A stretch of DNA of 64,000 nucleotides from Nemertoderma westbladi (taxonomy: Eukaryota; Animalia; Xenacoelomorpha): contig JAUCBJ010001071.1 in NCBI GenBank assembly GCA_032718475.1, forward strand, positions 62,001 to 126,000, given 5' to 3'. Made by a program: the position numbers and the translations under genes. The notes below the pieces were generated by a model. It saw only the letters and a program-made list of their open reading frames with translations. It searched no databases and was not told the origin of the DNA. Of the stretch, positions 11,631 to 22,775 are shown piece after piece (position 1 is the first letter of the stretch; every line of letters starts with the position of its first letter).

Positions 11631-14592
11631 ATGACTGAGTTGATAGAAGATGATCTTGGCATCAGGGAGCGATATACTCTACCTTTACAAGCGTTTGTCG
11701 ATAGCTTGATACGCGGCGACGCTGGTCCAACTACTACGGAGGATGATGGTCGTTATATCGAACCGTCGATGTCCCCGGAGCAACTTACGCGTGAATTGGA
11801 CTATAGAAAGTTCACCGCTCGCTATACGCATCGTAATGGTACGTATATGGACTTCTTAACTACCGGCCACCCTATCGATTTACACGATACGGACGATGTG
11901 GATACCGAAAGGGAAATGGTTTTATTTAAATATCATACCCAACGGAATCGGAACGATAAGCCAAGAATAGAACACGAGAACTCTATTCTAAATCAGCTCG
12001 AAAGAAAGAACGTGGATGAAGGCTTGTAAAGACAAATATAGGAGAACCACTGGAGAAGAGACGTGTGTTAATGTCCAGGGTCCATAATGTGAATAGTTTT
12101 CCCCGGGGCACGGGTGCTCGCGGGCGGTCTCCTTCGGGAGGCTGTAAATTTCTCTTCCTTCATCGTTTTCCTGTAATTATTGTGATCAGTGTCACAATTA
12201 AAAGGCAAGAATGAATGATGACGTAACGGAAAACTTGTCCATTGTGGTATCTTATGGATACTACCCTATATCCTCTCTCCTCTTTACTCCCTTTGTCCCT
12301 CTATACATCGCTATTGAAAATACAACATACTTCGTCCCACCTTCTCTTCCCAATGCGCCCGGAACTTTGGGAGACGATCGACCAATCCTAGTCGTATCGT
12401 GGTATGGATCATACCACCGCTTAATAAACCTCCCATCCCTTACTGTTAATCTGGATGCTCATATTGGTGTCCGCACCTCTTGTCCATGTACCATTCTGTT
12501 GATATTTATGATATCAACTTCCACCCTCTCGTTGTTGATTAGAAAATCAACCATCAATAATTTCCTTAAGTCCACAACCGTGATACAAGGACTGAAAGGA
12601 CACGCGGATGGTTTGTGAACAACTGGTACCATTATGTGTCATAAATCTGGTTGTTCACCCCCTAATCCCTGGGGATAAATTCATTTGGAGATAGTCATCG
12701 AATGATGTAATCCTCCTACTGAGATCGTATTTCGGAATATTTCTGAATACGACATAGGTCTTCCCCTGCTCTCTACCACTACCATCAATGGAGACCTACA
12801 GAACGACTTTCGGAATATGGAGAACATTCCATACCCATTCATTGATACTCAGCTGATTGCTCCTTGGGCAGAAGGCCGAGGTTTCTTCCGCACTATGTAT
12901 GCCAATACACCCAGCGGAATTACTAAAGTACAACGAACCTCCATCGGACATCTTGCTTTTCAAGAATACGGATGGAATTTCAAGGTTGGAAATCCTATAA
13001 ATTACCAACAAGTATATGGAGATCATTATTCTCGTTTATACTTTGATGGACCATTGACCGCACCTGGCACCGTGTATAGCTTTATGAGTGTTCCACTTCG
13101 TCCCTCCTTAGCTATATACACGATCTTTGAAAACGCAGCACTTGCCGGTTGGCTAGCCGATGTGTGCAGTCGTACCATACGCGCCCATCCCTTAATACTT
13201 GGAACCAAACTCGCCAAGTTAGATGAACACAATAAATTCATCCGCTTTGAATGTTTCAGGCGCTTTCTGACTCCGTTCCGTAACGTTGATAGTCAGTTCA
13301 AGGACCGCGCTCTGACCAAACTCAGCCTGAGAGACTCAGCGGCGGAGAAACTAAACAGCGCGGGATTTGCCCTTTTTCAGGACGTTTGTATACAGAACTT
13401 GCACTCATCTGTTATACAAAGACCCCGAATACCCACGGGTTATTCTGTCGTCGAAGTTCAGACAGTGGGTCCGCTTGCGGAGACAGCCGCACCTACCTCA
13501 GCTATGCAATTGGAAGACGAACCAATATGCTTAGAAGCTGAAGCGATTCAACCTACAGCGCCCCGGAGCAGCGATAACGACTACGTCTTAGAGTGGTATC
13601 AAGGTCCACAATGTCTCACCGCATACGATTATCGACACGCTAACTATGTTTCTCGAAAACGTTGTCGATTATGCGCATCGAGAGACCATTTCACTCCTAT
13701 GGACTCAGACGTACCCTGTTCCTATTTCCACGAACAACCAATGATGGAGATATATTGTGCGTATTGCAGACTTAATAACTCTCATATCTTTGCAGTCTGC
13801 CCCCAATTTATGACTCAATGCCACCACTGTCAACTTAAAGGACATGCCAGTTATAATTGCCCCTTTAATCACGATTTAGAGAGCGTAGATGAAATGATTA
13901 CCCTGCGCTACATTCGAGCTTGGGAAGCGAACGCGGATTTACATTGTGAGTCCCGTCATCGATACTACCCTGGACGCTCTTACGAGGGAGTTTACGCGTT
14001 CCATCCTTATTTATTAGCGTCTGTGGAGCAAAAAACACGCGTACCGAGTTACGAGCTAATGAAACATGTTGGTGAGTGTATTTCCACTAAATTTGTTAGA
14101 AGATACCTTAGGAACGTCAATCCTAACGATATTACTTCATACCATTTGATCAATTATATCCGTCAAGACCCGGAGTATGGCGATTTATTTATCAACTCGC
14201 ACCCTGAGTTACAGGAAGTATCTCGACGGCCCTACGAATATCGAGCCCGAGAACGCGAGCTGGAAAGAACTATCAAACCAAGGAAGTTTCTTACCACCCA
14301 CGGTCCGCCTACCGCCATTGCCCAGACAACCCGTCAAGGACCCGTAGGAGCTGCTGTCCTGAGGCGCGCCCTAAAGGCTGTTAGACCTCGCTCCACGGAA
14401 GTTGATATCGATCAACCAGGTACCTCGACCGGCGGATACACCGATCGCAATCCGAAACCTTCTGATGCAATTGTATTGCACCCTTCACCCAGGAGTTACA
14501 GCCCTCCTAGTAAAGTGGCTCGCCCCAAAGAGAAAAGGACTCTTACTAGCCTCAAAAAACTGCGTAAACGCCGTCCGCGTAAGAAAGACTAA
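11631..14592 (+). CDS. Extra ORF3 of the BEL element: Cys/His-rich zinc-knuckle protein, not Env; middle replaced by foreign DNA (~12020-12788), 591-aa C-terminal part still open
   Basis: ORFs 11631-12029 and 12817-14592 are colinear with 60560-57645 on the minus strand. Motifs CAYCRLNNSHIFAVC and CHHCQLKGHASYNC, with a basic C-terminus (KKLRKRRPRKKD). Confidence 0.75.
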
Positions 14593-14670
14593 CTGTTTAG
14601 AGTATTTTTATATTTTAGAAACTGTGATTTGTTATATTTTATAGACTTAAATCCCATTTTCTGGGAGCGG

Positions 14671-15829
14671 TGTAAAAGCTTTTGCGTCATTAACCGGTTA
14701 TTTTCCCTTAAAGTACTCTGTAGTTGGTTTGCCAGGCATAAAAAGGCCATGTCCTTGCTTTACTGGTGTTTTAGAGGACATAAAAGTCATTTCTTCTGTA
14801 TTTGTACTGTATTTGTACTTTAGAGGACATAATCCGCAATCTCGTGACGCGATAAGCTAGATACTCTTGAAAACAGTGTCGCTACCATGACGACGGCTAA
14901 CAGCTGATATTGCCACGTCGACGATTTTTTGTTTCTTTGTTCTCTCGTTGTTCGGTTGACCAATCAGAGCGTTTTTTTGTCTCTGTGTTGGAGGTGTATA
15001 CAGGAACTCAGTAGTTCAGTGTTATGTTTTTGCCCAGAGCCTAAGAACATCGGCCTTTGGCACCTACGTATATCAGCATTCTTTAGCTTTACATTAGTAG
15101 GCTTAATTATAGAACGTATATCTGTTATCTTACTCAACAAACCAATTCTATGCAATTCATATCTTACATTACTGCTTTTGCTGTCGGTTATTCATTATAT
15201 TTGTGGATGAAATATTATATCGGAATACTGATCAATAGTCAGACACCCCACCTTCTTGATATACTAAAGGTTAGAGAGACCGGTTACAAATAAACGATTG
15301 CGACCTATGTTAAGTGGTTTGAAGTGAATCTAATGCTATTTCATATGCCCGACATAAATTGTATGTTGCTCTCTTTATACGTGACCAAATTTAGTGAAGG
15401 TCGGCAGATTAGTGTGCAGTATTGTGCAGCATTGTGTATGATTGTAACTGATAACAAAGCATCTCCTAAAGAATGCGCCATATACGTAAATCTATAGCCT
15501 TTTCGTTGTGTCTAGTTTAAGTCATAACTCTGTTTACATATTTAGAGCGCCACGTCCTAAAGGAACTGTTAATATTTCCCGAAAGTTAATAATATTTGTC
15601 AGAGATTATATATTACGATCAGTCGAATAATACGGTAGGCTTACACCATCAATCATTAAGCTCCGAACTCAGTCTCCCGGGTATATCCAACGGGTGAATG
15701 ATTGCGCATAGACTGGCTTCGGCTAATGTAGTGTATCAAATACTCGTCATAAGCTAAAGAATATATATCATCCAAAAGACATCCTAATTTGGCAGGTTAA
15801 ACTGTCAAAGGTCTTCAAAAGCGCAAACA
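14671..15829 (+). repeat. 3' LTR of BEL copy 1 (~1.16 kb)
   Basis: Starts TGTAAAAG directly after the purine tract and ends GCGCAAACA. Similar to the reverse complement of 18197-19340 and 56862-57645. Confidence 0.9.
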
Positions 15830-18800
15830 CTTGTGTATCCCGCATAACTGTCCTTGGTCGATCGCATACTTCTCGCCCAATCAATTTGGTATTCTTCCAC
15901 CGCAATCAATACCCTAGTGAGTATGGCTGCAGGAAGAATGAGAAGGGGATCCTAATAAACCGCATCTGCCATCTTTGCTCCGCGCTCGGGTGTCAGCTCT
16001 ACAGTATCCGAACTACTGGAGCTATCGGGCCGCTGAGAAATAAGTTCTCGGCTAGGGTGTTGCTGCTGTTTGACAGCTGCTTCTTGATCCCGCCTGACTT
16101 GAGCCCGAGTGCCTATGATAGACCCACGGTGTTGGACTAGCCTAGGGTCTGATACTATTACTGGAGGGATGATCTTTCTTACAGTAGGAGGTGAGTTGAA
16201 CTTCAGTCTTACTCGTTCCACACTCCTATCTGGATCACAGATGGTTGTATCTAGGAGACTGTCTGACAGGTTTTGCTTTGTGTCAGACATGTTTGTTTGT
16301 ACAGTTGAATGCCTACTGCTATATTACAGTTGAAGCAAGTCTAGTAATTCAGTATCACTGTTAGCCTAGTAATTAATTACCGATATCGTTACTCAGTGTA
16401 ACGTGATATATATACACAATATATTAGAATACCGGTATAGACTTATAGTATATATATAAGTATTATTACAGACTAGGTTTGTCACAGAATACCGGTATAT
16501 AATTTCAGCGCAAGTATATAAATATATAATAAGCCTACTGTGAATACCGGTATACAACTTACAGTATATATATAAGTATTATTATAGACTAGAATTAATT
16601 ACAGAATACCGGTATATAATTTCAGCTCAAATTTATAGAAATAAATATAATAAGCCTATTGTAAATACCGGTATGTCAATTATTTTAGAATAATTGAATT
16701 TCTGAATTTTTAGGGGTTACTTGGTTACTTTACTTTACTTTATTACCGTTATTTAAGCAGTAGTCCAACTGATATTACGACCTAATTGATGTATGACAGG
16801 CCTACTGTTTTATAAATCGGTTTGAGTTGATTTATAATATATATATACCCGTATAATGGGTTTTTTTCAATATTTGAAATAAATGTTATTATTTCTGGGA
16901 AGGAGTCACTACACAGAAGCTGTATGCTCTCAGTGAAGTGCTACTTGTTGGACACTAAAACAAATAATTCTACTTTGCCTAAGTTACTTATTACTACAAA
17001 TTATGTACAATACGGGATGAGATTACAATCTCTAAATAAACACAAAAATTACACGTACGAATTTTTAGGGTTAATTTTACAGGAAGTTTACAAACCAGCC
17101 TAACAAGGAGTTAGAATATCTGGTTATTACAAACGGACAGGATACTACGGTATTTGAAAATAATAAAGCAGTAGTAAATATATTGCGTTGTCCAGATAGG
17201 AAAAATACCACCGTCTGACAACTTATAGCCGTAGCGCTATAAGTACTACGTTATGTACACGGAGTGTTCCTACCTAGAAGTTAATTACCGCGGCCTACCA
17301 GAGCCAACGTGCCTATTAACCACTTTACAACACAAACACACTGCCTACACACTGATTACCTTCGGAAAGCACTGTACACCAAACCCCAAATTAGGTACAA
17401 GCACTTATACAACAAATAACCAGCAGTTAAATATACTTGTACAGCTAAAAGAACCACGGTATCTGCCGGAGTGACCAAAGCATAAAATCTCCAGTCTTTA
17501 CCTACGCCAAACAGCCCTGATGTAGTACCGGGGTTTATTTAACTATAACGGTATGTATAACAAGCACAATTACTGTAGGAATAAACTTAGGGTATGTATG
17601 TTGCGAATAATCGCATAAACTCTGAATAATAAATATTACGCTACCCGTACAGACTACACAAACAAAATACAAACCAAATGCTGGCAGACTACTATCAAGC
17701 CTAAATAAACTACAGTATGTGCAGACTCCGAAATGGTTAGTTAGTATGCGTTCTAACCGAGTAGTACGACTTATTCTTTCGGGGGGGATTTACCTTACAG
17801 CACTGGATGCCCCTACGTTCCTAACTAGTACTTTATCAGACATACACTCTACACACACTGCAATCTCTTCAGACCTAACAACAGCCAGACAACAATCCAG
17901 CCTACAAATTATTTATACAATCTGAGCAGGCTTACACGCCTTCTGCTCAATATTAACTTACAGATAAATAAAACAGACAGAAATAAGTAAAATCCCAATA
18001 AAAAACCAGGGCTGCAGTCCCTGATTAAATATCAAGACCTACCGGTATATAATTATCAAAATCGAATAATACTGATGTACCTGTACTGCTGTAAGTACCG
18101 GTTCGGGTGGTTAGGTAGTTAGGCCTACTGGTTACCGGTCGACCGGTACTTTTACCTTTATTGCCTACGTTGCAATAAAGAAGCAATAACTGTTATTGTT
18201 CGCGCTTTTAGACCTTTAGCAGTTTAACCTGCCAAATTTAGGTGTCTTCTAGGTTATAAATCGACTTTAGCCTATGACAAGTATTTGATACACATAAAAC
18301 TACATTAGCCGAAGCCAGCCTATGCGCGACCATTCACCCACTGGATTTACCCGGGAGACTGGATTCGGAAGCTCTGACCTTATTGCGGTGTAGGCCTACT
18401 ATATAAGCTCTGACAAATATTATTCCCTTTCGGGAAATATTAACAGTTCCTTTAGGACGTGGCGCTCTAAATATGTAAACAGAGTTATGACTTACACTAG
18501 ACACAACGGGATGGCTATTGATTCACGTATAAAGCGCATTCTTTAGGAAATGCTTTGTTATCTGTCACACTCATGCACACTACCGCACACTGCTGTACAC
18601 TGATCTGCCGACCTTCACTAATTTTAGTCACATATAAAGAGAACAGCAACCGACACATGTAGGGCCTATGAAATAGCATTAGATTCACTCCAAAACCACT
18701 ATAATGTAAGTCGCAATTGCTATATGTAACCGGTCTCTCTAACCTTTAGTATATCAAGAAGATTGGGGTTTTATGATTATTCATCGATATTCTCCAAATA

Positions 18801-19340
18801 TAACAATATTCCATCAACTGATACAATTAATAACCGACAGTAAATAGCAGTAAAATAATGCGGTGAAAGGTATGTGATCAGGTTTGACAATATGACAATA
18901 TGATAACAGTTATACGTTTCTATGATCAAAGCCGTTCTAATGTTTGGCTAAAGTCTGAAACACAGAATAATTCCACAGCCGATGTTCTGGGCTTAGGAAA
19001 AATACACACTGACTGAATTGCGCGATTTCCTGGAGGCTTCTGTGCAAATAAAATGAAAATCGCTCTGATTGGTCGAGCCGAACAAAGAACAAAGAAAAGC
19101 TCTACGTGGACATATCAGCTGATAGATGTCGTCATCTGAACTACACTGTATTAAGAGTACTTTGGCGTATTGCGACATAAAATCGCTAGTTATGTCCGCT
19201 AAGTACACATACAGAAGAAATGGCTTTTTATGTCCACTAAAACACCTACACAGTAGGAAAACGGCTTTTTATGTCCGCTAAAACACCTACAGAGTACTTT
19301 GCGGGGAAAATGACTAGCTAGATCCGCAAAAGCCTTTACA
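15830..19340 (-). mobile_element. BEL/Pao copy 2: 5' LTR, ~1.9-kb leader and gag N-terminus, interrupted by copy 1
   Basis: ORF 16290-15952 (MSDTKQNLSDSLLD...) is homologous to 1979-2340. The sequence ends abruptly at the ACA end of the copy 1 LTR. Confidence 0.9.
18197..19340 (-). repeat. 5' LTR of BEL copy 2
   Basis: Minus strand reads TGTAAAGGC...GCGCGAACA. The flank from 19341 (GTATGAGTAGG...) equals the uninterrupted unit sequence at 36280 and 45577. Confidence 0.9.
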
Positions 19341-19575
19341 GTATGAGTAGGCTTTGGTTTGGAAACCAAGGTATTGAAACCTCCGAGGTATTGAAAGTTA
19401 ATTAAAGTAATTTTTATAATGACTTGCATTCTATATAGTTTAATCTTTGGATCAAATGTTAATGTTAGAAGTAAGATGTAATCTATAAATAATTGGTTTA
19501 AAGAAATAAAATATATATAAAATGGCAAGTTTATCAAATACACAAAATCAGTCAGGTAAACATTCAATTGAATTG

Positions 19576-20979
19576 GGTATTACTACACCTTGGGTCACAC
19601 CTACGAAATTTTTTTTTAATACATAAATAGGTTATTTAAGAATACTAATATTGTTCTACAATGTATATTAATAAATAGATAATTGTTCTAGAATGTATAT
19701 TAACAGTTAGTTAATTGGATACTCTTGCTTTACTAATTCAATAAGGTCGTTAAACGGTGAACGTTTGTGAAGCATCCTCCACCGATACTCATCTAGGTGA
19801 CTTTGAAGTAAATTCAATCTAGTGCCTTTCCGTTGCTTCATATCATAAGTTTGGCATGTCCCCATAATCCTTCTATAAGTTGCGTGTTCGCTCCGGTGAT
19901 CTGGTCTACCAATCTACCACGCCCCTTCTTACTGTGGTTTACGTGTTTGTGGAAGTCTTTACCGCTACCGTCACAGGCTTTCCATGGAAAACGTTTGCTA
20001 GTTATCGCAACAGTTTTGCCGCAGTATGCAGCCCATTCGTCGCTAAATATCGTTGTACCACCTTCGACATTGCTCTCTAGAATCGGACGCAAGGTTCTCA
20101 TGTTCCTTCTTTTAACTATGAACATTCTAACGTCTACTTCTCGATCCGGTCGCTTCCAAGCTATGCCAAAAATCCAGGGTCCAACAACCATAGTACCATA
20201 ATTGTTAGATCTAGTTCCTACAACCTTATGTTTTATCTTTCGATTACGCTTTTTGAAAGGTACATCTCCTAGAAGTCTTCGCCCACGTTTATATTTTCTT
20301 CTTCCACGAAACAATGATTCGTCGATTTGTACTGTTTCCCCAACTCCCCCCATTAGCTCAGCGTTATCTTTGTCTTTTGCGAACAGCTCTCTAATGTAAT
20401 TTTGCCAATCCACTATCTTAGTCATAGACTTTCCTACCAGTCCATCAAGCAATCGTAGTGTGACTCTAGCGGACATGTTGATTATAAAAAAGAACATGAT
20501 CCAGAAAATTTGCTCCACAAGCAAATTAGAACTCGAACTGAACCACGTACCTTCACGAGCTGATCTTTGATGTTTGTGAGGTCCCCAACAGCGCCAGGTC
20601 AACCTTGGAAATCCATATCTCATTCTCCTCCAAATGTATGCACTATAAGTACATCCTTCTGACTTACATGTTGATTCAGCGTTTGCAGAAGGTAACAATC
20701 CGGATGACTGTGCATAGTTAATTGCATTCTCTTCAGAGCATAATTTTGCTCCAATTTCCTTTATATTTAAATCATTAGACAATCTTAAATGTGAATGACG
20801 TGAAACATCACTCATAGCGACAAAGTACTGTTATTCGACAGTTATGCACTTTGTGCAAGTGGTTATAATAAATATAAAACATTCTAGAATTCAATTACTA
20901 TTGTTACAGTACGCTTAAAACACTATAAAACATGCTTATAATTAAATTTGTCAGGTGTGACCCAAGGTGTAGTAATACC
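19576..20979 (-). mobile_element. Merlin (IS1595/ISXO2-like) DNA transposon
   Basis: Perfect 27-bp TIRs GGTATTACTACACCTTGGGTCACACCT, with 8-bp TSD TTGAATTG at 19568-19575 and 20980-20987. Confidence 0.95.
19708..20815 (-). pseudogene. Merlin DDE transposase, with one frameshift near 19840
   Basis: VQIDESLFRGRRKYKRGR, TIFSDEWAAY, VNHS and TQLIEGLW. The C-terminus KGTRLNLLQSHLDEYRWR...YPIN* continues in another frame. Confidence 0.92.
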
Positions 20980-22775
20980 TTGAATTGCACATGACCAAGC
21001 AATTCAAAAACAAAACTTTCCAATATGAAATCAAGGCATTTGAACAACAATCTGTTGATACATTCTTTGAATCAATAAGAGACAAAGTTTCGATTGAAAT
21101 GCGACGAATGTTAACAAAATCATCAATCAAATTGCAAATTGTTACGGGAATAAAATTTGTACATCCTATAAAGGGAGACATTGAATTGTATTACAATAGC
21201 CACGATCAAGAATTAATACTTTCAGAAAACAACATTAATCAAGCAATAGAGTCTAAAAAAACTAAAACAATTACATGGGTTCAAGAAATGGAAGGTAGAG
21301 GGTCAGGGTTGATATTTAATGGAATCACTGAGGCTAAATTAAAATTATCTGTTTTTTCAAATATGGGTGGGTCTAGTTTTATAAAACTACCTTTTAGATC
21401 AACCTATATTGTCAATGTGAAGAATGATGATAAAAAATGTTTTCTATGCAGCATATTAGCACACATCCAACCCCAATCAGAACATAGATATCGAGTTACT
21501 AAGTATAAACCATTTGGAAATATCCTAAATATGAAAGGTATAGATTACCCAGTCACTTTAAAGTCAATTAACAAATTTGAAAAACAAAACAATTATGCTA
21601 TTAATGTATTTTGTATTGAAGATAAGAAAAGCTTCTTCCCCTTCGTATTAGTAATTTCAGATATAGAGAGCAGATAGACTTGTTGCTTCTTACAGATGGT
21701 GAGAAACAACATTATACTTTGATTACAAAATTTTCATCATTTTTAAATGGCTTCATTCAAACAAATACATCTCTTACTCACTCGTTGTTTTACTGTCGGA
21801 ATTGTCTGAGAAGTTTCTTTAAAACAGAAGGTCTACAAAAGCATGAAGAATTATTTATGGGAATAAATCAGCAAAAATCATCATGCCTATAAAAAAACAA
21901 AAATAATATTCTAAAATTTGAAAAGTATTGGTATAAGTCAAAGCTACCTTTTGTTATGCAGACTTTTGTCTTGCAGACTTTGAAAGCATAAATGTACCAA
22001 TGAACCAGAATGATCTATTATGCAAACAAATTCCTTACCAGACTGACAAAAAATTTCAAACTACAGTAAAATTTCAACTACTTTTTTACACCAATTTATC
22101 ACAAATTATCATATTCACCTAATTTTTCACTTAAAAACTGATGGATTCAAATTTTCTGAAAATAGTTCATATGTTCTGACTCTATATGAGCACAATATGA
22201 TTAGAAGTTCATACAGAGTAGAGTTGCACCAATCCAAATGGTCTGTCCAATATATTTATTGTCTTGCTGTAACTAAGATTATGTAAAAAATTGATTTACT
22301 TAAGAAATCAAACTAATAGAAAATTTGTATGGCTACTACTATATGTGAAAACATCAATAAACCAACTAGTATGGATACTGCCCAGTTCCTGACATTTGAA
22401 CAGATGGGATTGAGAACCCCGAAGTCAGCTTGCATGCATCTACTGTTAGAGAATGCCTATGAGTCTAATCTTTTGACTGATATATCAAAAGTAGATTACC
22501 TAGCAGGCCATGGAGGTAGTATGTTGCTTCAAGATGTGCCTGAATTGGAAATGTTTGTTGACGATCTTTATGTGTATTATTTATTGTATTTATTCCAAGC
22601 CACGGGGGCCCATAGTAAAATAGTAGATACATAAACAAAAAGGACATAAACAAAAAGGATATAAACAAACAAATACTTTACAAACAAATACTTTACAAAA
22701 TACATACATAGCACACTAGTAATTAATAATAAACACCGAAACTCTAATAGCAATTACGTAGTTAAACGAAAAAGG

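Larger units (their letters stand above)
1..15829 (+). mobile_element. BEL/Pao LTR retrotransposon, copy 1 (5' LTR lies just left of the window; decayed)
   Basis: Gag, three BEL-type Cys/His knuckles, protease, RT, RNase H and integrase in BEL order. Purine tract CTGGGAGCGG is followed by a TGT...ACA LTR. Positions 1-2360 match the reverse complement of 15830-17985. Confidence 0.95.
19522..22122 (+). pseudogene. Polinton/Maverick-type protein-primed DNA polymerase B, N-terminal part up to the ExoI motif (unit 1, split by Merlin)
   Basis: Removing Merlin restores MASLSNTQNQSGKHSIELHMTKQF. Motifs NVKNDDKKCFL.SILA, GIDYPVTL..I.KFEKQN..INVF, HYTLI, CRNCLRSF..L.KHE..C and ADFES. Confidence 0.8.
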
